This document shows, piece by piece, positions 11,073 through 21,034 of a DNA stretch of 64,000 bases. Each line of letters starts with the position of its first letter. Within the stretch, counting starts at the first letter, position 1. Under the pieces are notes generated by a model. It was not told the origin of the DNA, made no database searches, and saw only the letters and a list, made by a program, of their open reading frames with translations. Source of the stretch: Nostoc sp. DedSLP01 (GTDB lineage: Bacteria; Cyanobacteriota; Cyanobacteriia; Cyanobacteriales; Nostocaceae); the NCBI GenBank assembly GCA_034530875.2, contig JAVRCJ020000014.1, forward strand, positions 141,189 through 205,188. Direction: 5' to 3'. The translations under genes were made by a program, and so were the position numbers.

Positions 11073-11352
11073 CGCACTGGACTATATGTCGATTTTAAAA
11101 TTATGGGACTATACGGATACTGCTATAAATGTGAATCTTACTTCATCTTTTGCCACTAAAGTTAATATTGTCAGCAAATCTCCATCGAAACACTAAATTT
11201 AATCTTGATTGCAGACTTGAAGAAGAATTCAACAGCAAAGACAAAGATTTTGAAAGTTCTGGTTTTAATCTTCAGTACGATCGCTCCTGAATTTTGGCGA
11301 TGGCGATCGCATATTAAAATAGCATTCAGAAGCTTTTGGGAATAGTGCTAGG

Positions 11353-11694
11353 ATGCGGCATTTTTCTGTTGATAAAATTAAAAATACTCGCAGTGAAGTT
11401 TTAAGCCAAGCTACTGTTGAGCCTGTTTTACTCACAACGGAATCGCAATCAAGTTATGTAGTTATGTCGGTCGAAAGCTATGAGCAACTAATCAATCGAC
11501 TTGCTCAGTTGGAGGATTTAGTATTCAGTGCAAGCCCAAATTGCCCTTTCAAACTCGCGAATGGTTGGTATCGAAACTTTTACGGCAGAACTCAAGCGTT
11601 TAGCTGCGCACATGCAGATTTAGTTGAAGTAATTCTAGTTGGAAAGCGCAATGATAATGAAGTGTATAAGCAACTGAAGCGGTTACTGGGTTAG
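11353..11694 (+). pseudogene. Decayed type II toxin-antitoxin locus: frameshifted Phd/YefM-like antitoxin joined to the C-terminal remnant of a RelE/ParE-like toxin
   Basis: Phd-like EPVLLT....YVVMSVESYEQL; antitoxin-like tail continues in the +1 frame to TAG 11621-11623; final VEVILVGKRNDNEVYK resembles a RelE C-terminus. Confidence 0.65.
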
Positions 11695-11718
11695 CTGTTG
11701 CGATAGTCCAGAGCTTGG

Positions 11719-12024
11719 CTACTGTTTGTATTTGCTATTTCTGCAAGATGGAGTCCGCCATGCTGCTTTGGGGATAGTACCAACCTCAATGCCTTTAACT
11801 CGAATGGATTTCTTTTTTGCTTTTCCATCCCATCGAACGCAGAACTTTCCATACTTCTCATAGATTGACAGAAGCGTTGTTTCTGCCGCATTTATTTCTT
11901 CTGTTTTTCTCTCAATGTCAGCTTGCTGCGATCTCTCGTATTCACCAATGAATGTGCCGTTGCTTTCAATCAGCAGCCGATTCATTTTTTTTCCGATGGG
12001 TTCAGAGCGCACAAACAAAGTCAT
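11719..12024 (-). CDS. Hypothetical protein
   Basis: ORF of about 101 aa with AAAGGAG upstream of ATG 12024; no recognised motif. Confidence 0.5.
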   Translation of the reverse strand: MTLFVRSEPIGKKMNRLLIESNGTFIGEYERSQQADIERKTEEINAAETTLLSIYEKYGKFCVRWDGKAKKKSIRVKGIEVGTIPKAAWRTPSCRNSKYKQ

Positions 12025-12356
12025 GCTGCCGATCTCCTTTGGCACAAACTAGTTATTAGACTGAAGCTTGCCACATCTTACACTAAGCGATTTAAGTAGA
12101 GAAAGGATTACAAGCATTTTAATCGAAATATCAAGAAATTTTTGAGATATCGTCAGTCTAACTAGCTTGTTTGGGGCTAATATCAACAAATTTTCTGTAT
12201 ATTCTCCTTTTTCAGATAACAGGCATACAAACCGTATATTTACTTAATTTTAGATGTAAGTATGGTCTTTTCGGTATATTCCTCGCTGATATCTATAAAT
12301 TTTCTACATAACATCAAAACTAGGACATTATAAGGAATTTTTCTAGATATTACTCT

Positions 12357-15200
12357 ATGCAAGAACGATCAAAAAAGCTGTTGAGATGGATTGCATTATT
12401 TCTAGTTGGAACATTTCTGCAATTTTTGTTTTACATCCCAACACCAGTCTTATCCCAAAATTCCAATAGCTGTAGCAATATTACAGTTCCCTTGACACCT
12501 GAAGAACAAACTTATGCTCGTGGTGCTTGGCAGTATTTTGTGAAAAATTATCAGCCAGCAACGGGATTTACTAATTCTACTGGGGGTTATCCTTCTGGTA
12601 CGCTCTGGGATATGGGTAATTACCTGATGGCGTTGAATGCTGCACGCTGGTTGAATTTGACCGATCAAGCAGACTTTGATGCCCGCCTCAATAAGTTTTT
12701 GACAACTCTTAGCAGCTTGAAGTTATTTGAGGATGCCTTGCCGAATAAAGTCTATAACGCAGCCACGGGACAGATGGTTGATTATGGCAACAATCCGAAT
12801 GAACGGGGTATTGGCTGGTCTGCTTTAGATATCGGTCGAATTTTGGCTGCCTTTGATGTGATTCGCAGTTGTCATCCGCAATATAATGATTGGCTCAAAG
12901 GAATTGTAGCAAAGTGGCAAGTGGCGCGATCGCTCAAAGACGAACAACTTTTTGGCGCTACCGTTCTTGCTGACAACAAAACCTTACTGGTGCAAGAAGG
13001 ACGACTCGGCTACGAAGAATACGGCGCTAGAGGTTATGGACTTTGGGGTTTCAACGCACCCAAAGCTATTGCTTTAGAACCGTTTAAGCTAGTGGAAATT
13101 AATGGCGTACAAATTCCCGTTGATACCCGTGACTTTCAAAGCACTAACGCCAATAATTACGTTGTCAGTGAGTCTTATATTCTTGATGGTATTGAATTTG
13201 GCTTGCAAGGTAAGTTAGCTGATTTTGCAGCCAGAGTTTTAGACGTACAAAAACGGCGTTACGATAGCACAGGTCAGTTGACTGCGGTTACAGAAGACAA
13301 TATCGACCAAGCACCTTATTTTCTCTACAACACCGTCTACGCCAACGGCGCAAACTGGGCAACAATTACCGATGCTAACCAGCCTTATCCCCAGTTTCGC
13401 AGCATCAGTACGAAAGCTGCTTTTGGCTGGCACTATCTTTTTCCCGATAATGCTTATGCCCAAAAACTTTTTGATGCTGTCAAGGATCTCCGCAGTCCTG
13501 ATGATAGTGGTTACTATGCTGGAATCTATGAAGAATCAAAGCAACCCAACAAAGCTTTGACGGGTAATACCAATGGGCTAATTTTAGAGATTTTATATTA
13601 CAAAGCTAGAGGAAATCGCCCTTTAATTGCTTCTAGTTCTGTAAATGTATCTACTGCTAAACCTAGTGAGAATGTAACGTCGTCAAATCAAGCGAATTCT
13701 ACTGTTAAACCTAGCGAAAATGTAACGCCCTCAAATCAAGCTAATTCTACTGTTCCAGCTCCTACCTCGACCCCCATTGATAGTTCTAAAATTACGGAAG
13801 TGGCTGTTGCACCGATTCCACCAGTGGGTAGTCCGGAGACATCGTGCAATCTCAAATTCAAAAGACCGCTAACGCTGATTGAACGACGCTATGCAGAGGC
13901 GGCTTGGCGATATTTTCAGGCAAATTACCACTCCAAGAGTGGGCTAATTGACGATCGCAGCGATTTCAAAGGCGCAACTCTCTGGGGCTTAGGAGATTAT
14001 CTCGCAGCACTTCATGCAGCGCGATCGCTGGATATAATTAATCCCAAAGAATTTGAAGGGCGCACCCGACATCTATTAGCAGCCTTGACAAAATTACCTT
14101 TATTTGCTGGTGAGTTGCCGAGCCGGGGTTACGATACAAGAACGCTGCAATCTATAGATTATGGTGGAAATCCAATTCCAGAAGGAAATGGCTGGTCGGC
14201 TTTAGATTTAGGCAGGATGCTGGCAGCACTTTACAACTTAAAAACCTGTCATCGAGAATATACCGCTGCTGTAGATAAAATCGTTCTGGATTGGTCATAC
14301 TTGCGTGTGGTGCGCGAAGGTATTCTTTCGAGTGCAACTGTTAGCAAAGATGAATCTTCAGGGCGATCGCTTATCCGCGTCAACCCTGAAACCCGCTTGG
14401 GTTATGAAGAATATGCTGCTCGTGCTTTTCAATTATGGGGGTTTAATGTTGCTGGTTCTACTGTTGGCGGTGAATATCAAACTGCCTCAGTAGAGAAAGT
14501 GAAAGTCCCAACTCAACGCCGTCGCACAGATACTAACTCCAAGGTCAACCAATACACAGTTAGCAATCCCTTCTTACTCTATGCTTTGGAATTTGGACTA
14601 GATCCACAAATGCGATCGCTCTTTGAGCCGATTTTTCAGGCGCAAGCCGAACGTTACCGCCGTACAGGCACTCTCACAGCTTCAGCCACCACCTTAATCG
14701 ATCGCAAGCCATACACTGTCCACAGCACAATTACCGGACAAGGCGATGCTTGGATAGCCTTAGGAGATGACGGTCAACCCGTACCAAACGGGCGATTAGT
14801 AAGTACAGCAGTAGCTTTTGCTTATCATGCTTTGCTTCCAGAAAACAAATACAGCCAAGAATTACTGCAAGCTACGACTGATTTATACAATCCATCAGCT
14901 GGATTTTATGAAGGCTTTTATGAAACCACCGGGAAAACGGCAATTGGTTTCACTAGCAGCACCAACAGTATGATTTTGCAATCCTTGCTGTACAAAGCAA
15001 TGAACGGACAACCCCTAATTCGTCCGACTACCACCATGAAATCTCCCTGGTGGGTAGCAGTAACCAAAGGCGATTCTGGGCGAGGTTTACCCAACACCCC
15101 AATACAACAAACTCAGTTAATTTCTGATGGTTCGGAAAGTTACTGGACTTCAACTAGCAAAAATACTCCACTAGTAACTCGCACAAAAGCCACAGAATAA
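12357..15200 (+). CDS. Secreted protein with two tandem DUF3131 (glucoamylase-like, beta-glucan-active) domains
   Basis: Signal peptide; two homologous halves, each with AW.YF..N, TLW..G.YL.AL, GWSALD.GR and RLGYEEY.AR; Ser/Thr/Pro linker. Confidence 0.8.
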   Translation: MQERSKKLLRWIALFLVGTFLQFLFYIPTPVLSQNSNSCSNITVPLTPEEQTYARGAWQYFVKNYQPATGFTNSTGGYPSGTLWDMGNYLMALNAARWLNLTDQADFDARLNKFLTTLSSLKLFEDALPNKVYNAATGQMVDYGNNPNERGIGWSALDIGRILAAFDVIRSCHPQYNDWLKGIVAKWQVARSLKDEQLFGATVLADNKTLLVQEGRLGYEEYGARGYGLWGFNAPKAIALEPFKLVEINGVQIPVDTRDFQSTNANNYVVSESYILDGIEFGLQGKLADFAARVLDVQKRRYDSTGQLTAVTEDNIDQAPYFLYNTVYANGANWATITDANQPYPQFRSISTKAAFGWHYLFPDNAYAQKLFDAVKDLRSPDDSGYYAGIYEESKQPNKALTGNTNGLILEILYYKARGNRPLIASSSVNVSTAKPSENVTSSNQANSTVKPSENVTPSNQANSTVPAPTSTPIDSSKITEVAVAPIPPVGSPETSCNLKFKRPLTLIERRYAEAAWRYFQANYHSKSGLIDDRSDFKGATLWGLGDYLAALHAARSLDIINPKEFEGRTRHLLAALTKLPLFAGELPSRGYDTRTLQSIDYGGNPIPEGNGWSALDLGRMLAALYNLKTCHREYTAAVDKIVLDWSYLRVVREGILSSATVSKDESSGRSLIRVNPETRLGYEEYAARAFQLWGFNVAGSTVGGEYQTASVEKVKVPTQRRRTDTNSKVNQYTVSNPFLLYALEFGLDPQMRSLFEPIFQAQAERYRRTGTLTASATTLIDRKPYTVHSTITGQGDAWIALGDDGQPVPNGRLVSTAVAFAYHALLPENKYSQELLQATTDLYNPSAGFYEGFYETTGKTAIGFTSSTNSMILQSLLYKAMNGQPLIRPTTTMKSPWWVAVTKGDSGRGLPNTPIQQTQLISDGSESYWTSTSKNTPLVTRTKATE
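13650..13754 (+). repeat. In-frame 48-bp tandem duplication in the interdomain linker
   Basis: STAKPSENVTSSNQAN / STVKPSENVTPSNQAN / STV. Confidence 0.9.
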
Positions 15201-15536
15201 GCCGAAACGTAACTAACTGTAAATACAAAGGCTTGTTTGTTAATAACCAGTTGCATTTGGGAATACTTGTACATGAGTCAATGTAGTCATATCTTTTCCG
15301 GCTAACAACTCAAATCAAAAAATATCCAATTAACTCTTGTGGGGTGGGCGTCTCGCCCGCCCATAGCCAAGGGTGGGCAATATGCCCACTCTACAAAATT
15401 GGATAATTTATTTTTTGGATTTACAATCTATTTTCAAAAATCATTATGACAAACGAAGCGTAAAAAGTGACTACCAATAGGTATTTTTTCAACAAAGATT
15501 ACGCCAATACAAACTAAAATCCAAAATCTTACTAAG

Positions 15537-17519
15537 ATGACTTCAGTTTCTATTATTGATAATTCCGCAAATTTTTCTGGTAACAGTCGCTCGTTACTCA
15601 AGAAAAGAACGCTGTTATTTCGTTATTTAGCAGAAATTAATTTAATTTTTGGTATTTGGTATTTGCAATGGCGTATTACTCATTCGATTAATTTTGATGC
15701 CCTTTGGCTCTCTATCCCTTTGTTACTAGCTGAAATTTATAGCTATTTCGGTGGCGTCATGTTTGTAATTGGGTTGTGGCGGCCTTTAGTTAGACAAATT
15801 AAATCTCTCAACCAGCTAACCCCACCGATACCTAAATCCGACTGGCCAACAGTAGATGTATTTATAACCTGTTATAACGAACCGCCAGAAATAGTAGAAG
15901 AAACAGCGAAAGCTGCTCTAGCAATGGATTATCCACCAACCAAGTTACGCGTTTATGTCTTGGATGATGGTAACTCCGCTGATATGCGAGGGATGACAGA
16001 AAGACTGTGCATTGAGGATTTGCAGTCACCACAACTACAGCAGGAAGCAGAACGAATTGATGCAGAACGCTCTTATTTGTTCGAGCGTTTAAAACAACTG
16101 GAAAATCTCACATCTAATACCAAAGCTGCCGAAGAATGGCTGCAAGCATCATCACAAACACAGGTAAAAGATATAAGTAGCCAATTTGTAGAAAGTCTGC
16201 GAGAGTTTATTCTTTGGTTACCTCCACAACACCAAAGTATAAAGGAACGCCTCACCACCGAACGCAAAGTCTTAGAAGAAGCTATTCGCAAAAAAGAGCT
16301 AGAACTAGTTGATCTCAGTCGTTTTCGTTACATTGCTCGTCCCAAACCTGCTGGCGTACCGCACCACGCTAAAGCGGGTAATCTCAATTACGCAATATTT
16401 TCTGGAGAAACTTCCGGACAGTTTATTCTCACTCTAGATGCTGACCATATTCCCAAACCACAATTTATTCAGCGAGTTCTGCCTTATTTCTATACCTATA
16501 ATATTTTCACGGGTAAATACGACCAAAATCAAATTGCTTTTGTGCAGACACCCCAAGATTTTTACAACATTCCAGCAGGCGATCCTTTTGGACATCGAGC
16601 GAATTTATTTTATGGGCCGCTGCAACAAGGCAAAGATGGCATGAATGCCGCTTTTTATACAGGTACAAATGCACTTTTAAGGCGAGAAGCACTTATTAGT
16701 GTTGGGCTGCAATATTTTGCTGATGAATTTGCCAAAGATGAAAAACGTTTAAATGAATTTCAATTAATTGGCGGTGTATCCAGCAACAGCATTACAGAAG
16801 ATATGAATACAGCAATGCGTCTGCATGGTGCTGGATGGAAATCTATTTATCACCATGAATTGCTGGCAGAAGGTTTAGCACCAGATGACCTCAGTTCTAC
16901 TCTTAAACAACGACTACGCTGGGCGCAAGGAACAATTCAAGTACTACTGCGAGAAAATCCGTTAACCAAGCCAGGGCTAAGTTTTTGGCAAAGATTGCAT
17001 TATTTTAAAACGATGTATAGCTATTTTTCTGGTTTTGCAACTCTGATTTTTATTTCTTGTCCAATTATCTATTTTTTTACAGAAATTATTCCAGTTAAAA
17101 CTTCTGGCCCTGACTTTGCTTTACACTTTTTCCCAGCTTTTATTATCAACCGCCTGACTTTTCTCGCGGCGACCTGGGGCATTCCTGCTAGAGAACTTTG
17201 GCGGTCGGAACAATATGCGATCGCTTTATTTCCCTTATTAATCCAAGCAGTATGGAGTGTATTCACCGGACAAAAACTTAATTTCCAAGTCACACCTAAA
17301 CAGCGGCAATCTGGTATTTATATCCGGCTAGTCTGGCCGCAAGTTGTTGTTTTTATCTTGACCATTCTAGGAATATTATGGAGCCTTTATCAGTTTGCAA
17401 TTGGCCGCCTCAATTCTCCTGAAGTTCATCTAATGAATAGTGCATGGGCTATTTATAACTTATTACTTTTGTCGGCCATCATTCGTGCATCTGTTTGGCA
17501 GCCTCCAAAAGAGGTATAA
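15537..17519 (+). CDS. Processive GT2 beta-glucan synthase (cellulose synthase BcsA/CesA-like), no PilZ domain
   Basis: DDG, HAKAGNLN, DADH, QTPQ, TED and QRLRW motifs; N- and C-terminal TM helices. Confidence 0.9.
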   Translation: MTSVSIIDNSANFSGNSRSLLKKRTLLFRYLAEINLIFGIWYLQWRITHSINFDALWLSIPLLLAEIYSYFGGVMFVIGLWRPLVRQIKSLNQLTPPIPKSDWPTVDVFITCYNEPPEIVEETAKAALAMDYPPTKLRVYVLDDGNSADMRGMTERLCIEDLQSPQLQQEAERIDAERSYLFERLKQLENLTSNTKAAEEWLQASSQTQVKDISSQFVESLREFILWLPPQHQSIKERLTTERKVLEEAIRKKELELVDLSRFRYIARPKPAGVPHHAKAGNLNYAIFSGETSGQFILTLDADHIPKPQFIQRVLPYFYTYNIFTGKYDQNQIAFVQTPQDFYNIPAGDPFGHRANLFYGPLQQGKDGMNAAFYTGTNALLRREALISVGLQYFADEFAKDEKRLNEFQLIGGVSSNSITEDMNTAMRLHGAGWKSIYHHELLAEGLAPDDLSSTLKQRLRWAQGTIQVLLRENPLTKPGLSFWQRLHYFKTMYSYFSGFATLIFISCPIIYFFTEIIPVKTSGPDFALHFFPAFIINRLTFLAATWGIPARELWRSEQYAIALFPLLIQAVWSVFTGQKLNFQVTPKQRQSGIYIRLVWPQVVVFILTILGILWSLYQFAIGRLNSPEVHLMNSAWAIYNLLLLSAIIRASVWQPPKEV

Positions 17520-17600
17520 TACCAATTCAAAATTAAGAAATCTATATTTTACAAGGGTTTCTGGATTTGGATCTGTTTCAAAATTTTAGTGAATTGGTAT
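17519..17600. mobile_element. MITE-like element with ATACCAATTC terminal inverted repeats
   Basis: ATACCAATTC...GAATTGGTAT; related copies at 32388-32483 and 49608-49717. Confidence 0.7.
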
Positions 17601-17705
17601 AAGGCGATGAGGGAGATGGAAAGATAAGGGGACAAGGTGAATAACTTCCCACTCAACACTCCCAATGCCCAAGAAAAAATCATCTAATCCATACAGAAAA
17701 CAGCC

Positions 17706-18401
17706 ATGAATACTCACTTTAGTCAACGAACTGTGTTAACAATTTATGCTCATGCTGATGATGAAGTTTTACCTACTGCTGGTACTCTCAGTCTGATGTC
17801 GAAAGCAGGGTGGAATGTTCGTTGCTTAATTTTGACTGATGGTACTCTTTCTAGTTCGTCTATTAAGGGTACACGTCACCAAGAAGCAGATGCGGCTGGT
17901 AAAATTATCGGTGCAAGTTACGAATTTCAGGCGCTAGAAGAGTGTAATTTTTCAACACAAACAGTGATTAAAGTTACTGAAGAAGCTATTGGGCGTTGGC
18001 ATCCAGATTTGATTATTACTCACGCACCACAACCTGAAAAATATGGACATAGAGACCATGAAGTATGTAGTATTGCAGTTTCTAATGTTGCTATCCGCAA
18101 AAATATACCTTTGTGGTATTCAGCACCGCCTGTTTTTCTGCGTGGTTTTGAACCCAACTTTTTTGTAGATATCACTTCTGTAATTGAGGAAAAAATTGCA
18201 GCTATTGGTTGTTATGAATCAGAAGCAAATAAAACATTTATGCAACTCGATGCTATACTTATCTTATCTCGTTTTTGGGCACGAGAATTAGGTCAAAAAA
18301 ATGGATATTTTGAAGCTTTTGAAATTTCTCGTCAATGGGTTGATGCTAGCTTCTTTACTGCAATAGCAAATTCTCATAACAAACTAAATACAAATTATTA
18401 A
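17706..18401 (+). CDS. PIG-L/LmbE family de-N-acetylase
   Basis: AHADDE and HRDH zinc/catalytic motifs; VDIT..IEEK..A...Y.S. Confidence 0.9.
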   Translation: MNTHFSQRTVLTIYAHADDEVLPTAGTLSLMSKAGWNVRCLILTDGTLSSSSIKGTRHQEADAAGKIIGASYEFQALEECNFSTQTVIKVTEEAIGRWHPDLIITHAPQPEKYGHRDHEVCSIAVSNVAIRKNIPLWYSAPPVFLRGFEPNFFVDITSVIEEKIAAIGCYESEANKTFMQLDAILILSRFWARELGQKNGYFEAFEISRQWVDASFFTAIANSHNKLNTNY

Positions 18402-18496
18402 AATCAAAAATTTTTTTCTAACTCTTGCCGTTTACATTAAGGTAATGCCAAAATAATACTATATATTCTTTGAACAAATAGCAGAAGATTAAAACT

Positions 18497-18826
18497 ATGA
18501 GCTCGAACGTAAAAGTATTAGAATTATCTGGAATTTTAGATGGTATTAGAGGTAATGAATTGCGTAGAGAAGTTAGCAGCATTGTAGAAAATGGAGCTAA
18601 TATTTTATTATTGGATCTTAAAGAAGTAAAGTTTATTGATAGTTCTGGTTTAGGTGCTTTAGTATCAGCAATGCAAATCGTGCGGAATGCTAATGGTAGA
18701 CTTTGTGTTTGTTCTATTAACGATCAAGTCAGAATGTTGTTTGAACTGACTAAAATGGATAGAATTTTTCAAACCTTTGCTGACCAAGATGAATTTAATC
18801 GTCAATTACTAACAATACAAAATTGA
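18497..18826 (+). CDS. STAS-domain anti-sigma factor antagonist (RsbV/SpoIIAA-like)
   Basis: LDLKEVKFIDSSGLGALV with the phospho-acceptor Ser. Confidence 0.93.
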   Translation: MSSNVKVLELSGILDGIRGNELRREVSSIVENGANILLLDLKEVKFIDSSGLGALVSAMQIVRNANGRLCVCSINDQVRMLFELTKMDRIFQTFADQDEFNRQLLTIQN

Positions 18827-18849
18827 AATCTAGCAATGTGCGAAATATA

Positions 18850-20040
18850 CTAGTCAAAGTTAACTTTTACTAAAGAGAAGTCATCGTCAAGATTATCTTG
18901 AGCATTCAAACTGAAAATATTCGCTAATATTTGATTAAGATTGCAGATATCTTTTCGGCTATATTTTGTTAATAAATAAATGAAATTATCTAGCCCTAAA
19001 ATCGTACCATCGGGCTGATTAATTTCATAAGCGCCATCACTAAAGATATATAGCATACTATTTTCCTTAACATCAACAATAGCGTCTTCAAATTCGACCT
19101 CAGGTAAAAAGCCAATTGGTAAATCTAAAGAAGTTAGCTGCTGAACTTGGATATTTGTTGTAGAGTTATGAGATACAAGTAAAGCTGGTGGATGTCCAGC
19201 GTTGGCATAAGTTAGTTGACGTTTGTGACGGTGATAAACTCCATACCAAATTGTGAAGTATTTATCACCGTGCTTCTTCATTTGAAAAGCTTGATTAAGA
19301 CCTTTTAAGACTTCACTAGGTTGACAAAAGTTTGTGTTTGGTAGAGATTGCGATCGCAAAACATTAAGTACCGATACAGATAAGAGTGCTGAACCTACCC
19401 CATGTCCCGATACATCCAACAAATAAATTGCCAAGCAGTCATCATCGATCCAATTATGTCCAAAGCAATCACCGCCTAGCTGTGCTGAAGGAATAAACAA
19501 ATGTTCTGTAGTTACTGTTCCGATAAGGGGTGAGGGTAAAAGCGATCGTACATAATCAGCAGCTTCAGCCAATTCTGCTTCTAAAATTTGCTTTTGGGTT
19601 TGTAAATCGTGATTGAGTGTTTCCAAAGCTTGCTTTTTACTTTGTAAATCCTGATTCAGTTGGTATAATCTTAATCCGGCTCTAACTCTTGCTTTCAATT
19701 CATTCATCTCTATTGGTTTAGAGATAAAATCGTCTGCTCCAGCATCAAGTCCCCTAACTCTATCGTCTTCCTCTCCTCGAGCTGCTCCTCTAGCAGTCAA
19801 TAGAATAAAAAATGTAGTTGCCAACTCTGGATATGACCTAATTCGCCGACACACTTCTAGTCCATCGACCTCCGACATCATCCAATCACAGATAATCAAA
19901 GCAGGACGTAGCAATTGTGCTTGTGTAATTCCTTCTTCACCATTACTGGCTAGGGTAATATCATAACCCTGTTTTTTGAATGTGCTTTTTAGTACTGCCC
20001 GGACTGTAGGATCGTCATCAATAACTAGAATTTTAAACAT
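18850..20040 (-). CDS. REC-PP2C (SpoIIE/RsbU-like) phosphatase
   Basis: Receiver ILVIDDD...ICDWMM...K; PP2C motifs GGD, DVSGHG, NAGHPP, SDG, DDFS. Confidence 0.93.
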   Translation of the reverse strand: MFKILVIDDDPTVRAVLKSTFKKQGYDITLASNGEEGITQAQLLRPALIICDWMMSEVDGLEVCRRIRSYPELATTFFILLTARGAARGEEDDRVRGLDAGADDFISKPIEMNELKARVRAGLRLYQLNQDLQSKKQALETLNHDLQTQKQILEAELAEAADYVRSLLPSPLIGTVTTEHLFIPSAQLGGDCFGHNWIDDDCLAIYLLDVSGHGVGSALLSVSVLNVLRSQSLPNTNFCQPSEVLKGLNQAFQMKKHGDKYFTIWYGVYHRHKRQLTYANAGHPPALLVSHNSTTNIQVQQLTSLDLPIGFLPEVEFEDAIVDVKENSMLYIFSDGAYEINQPDGTILGLDNFIYLLTKYSRKDICNLNQILANIFSLNAQDNLDDDFSLVKVNFD

Positions 20041-20190
20041 AAATTATACTTTTATAATTACAACGGCAAATAAGTAGCCGATGTAATTTAAGTTATATGA
20101 AAACTAGCTTGTAATGTATAGTGAAAATACTCAAATTAAATAAACTGATTCGCGAATATGATGATTTTAAAATATTTTATTAGCTAAGAA

Positions 20191-20607
20191 GTGAATCAAA
20201 AAATTTATCTCAAAGTCAATACAGATCTGACAGCTTCGCCTGAAGTCTTATCTTGGTTCGAGCAAATCAATCAACCAAGTATTCCCGACCAACAAATTTG
20301 GTGGCAATGTCAAACACTTCTGATTGAAGGCTTTACTAACATTGTTGAACATGCCCACAAAAATTTACCAATTGAAACTCCCATTGAAATTGAAGCTGTG
20401 CGTTTCAATAAAAATATAGAAATTCGCATTTGGTCTCAAGGCAAGTACTTTGATTTAGAAGAGCAATTGCGACAAATATCCGAATTTGAAGATAACGACC
20501 AAGAGCGCGGACGTGGTTTAAAAATCATGTCTATCATTGCTGATAAATTAAGTTATGAGCGTACAGTAGATAACCGTTACTGTTTATTCATTAGTAAATT
20601 TTATTAA
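20191..20607 (+). CDS. Anti-sigma factor Ser/Thr kinase (RsbW-like HATPase_c)
   Basis: EGFTNIVEHA N-box and ERGRGLKIM G-box. Confidence 0.88.
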   Translation: MNQKIYLKVNTDLTASPEVLSWFEQINQPSIPDQQIWWQCQTLLIEGFTNIVEHAHKNLPIETPIEIEAVRFNKNIEIRIWSQGKYFDLEEQLRQISEFEDNDQERGRGLKIMSIIADKLSYERTVDNRYCLFISKFY

Positions 20608-20827
20608 TTATTAATGTCGGTAGAATAAATATTTTACAAATTTTTTCGCTAATTCTCCACTTTTATATAGGGCTAATTTTTGTAAATTTATATAACTGGA
20701 AAAAGTTAGTGTTCTAATATCTATTTATTCATAAATGATTATCAATTTAATTCGTAGGCTATTAATTGAATTTTCAAAAGGCAAACTACTTAATAACAGA
20801 CCATTTATAAAGTAAATCTTAAGTAAG

Positions 20828-21004
20828 GGAGCCACTGCACCCTTGCGGGTTTCCTGCGTGGAGTGCAAGTGGCGTCGAAAGGATTTGAGACTTAGAGACA
20901 ATGAAATTTAGCCGCAGGACACCGCCGCATCGATGGTGCGTTAGGCGCTAGGATAGTTATTTCGTGAGAAATCATATTGGCAATCAGCGCCTAACACACC
21001 CTAC
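20828..21004. repeat. Cluster of small dispersed palindromic repeats
   Basis: GCCACT..GCAC...GTGCAAGTGGC and GGTGCGTTAGGCGCT...AGCGCCTAACACACC inverted repeats. Confidence 0.6.
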
Positions 21005-21034
21005 AGTAATTTATTTTTACTTTATAAATAACCT

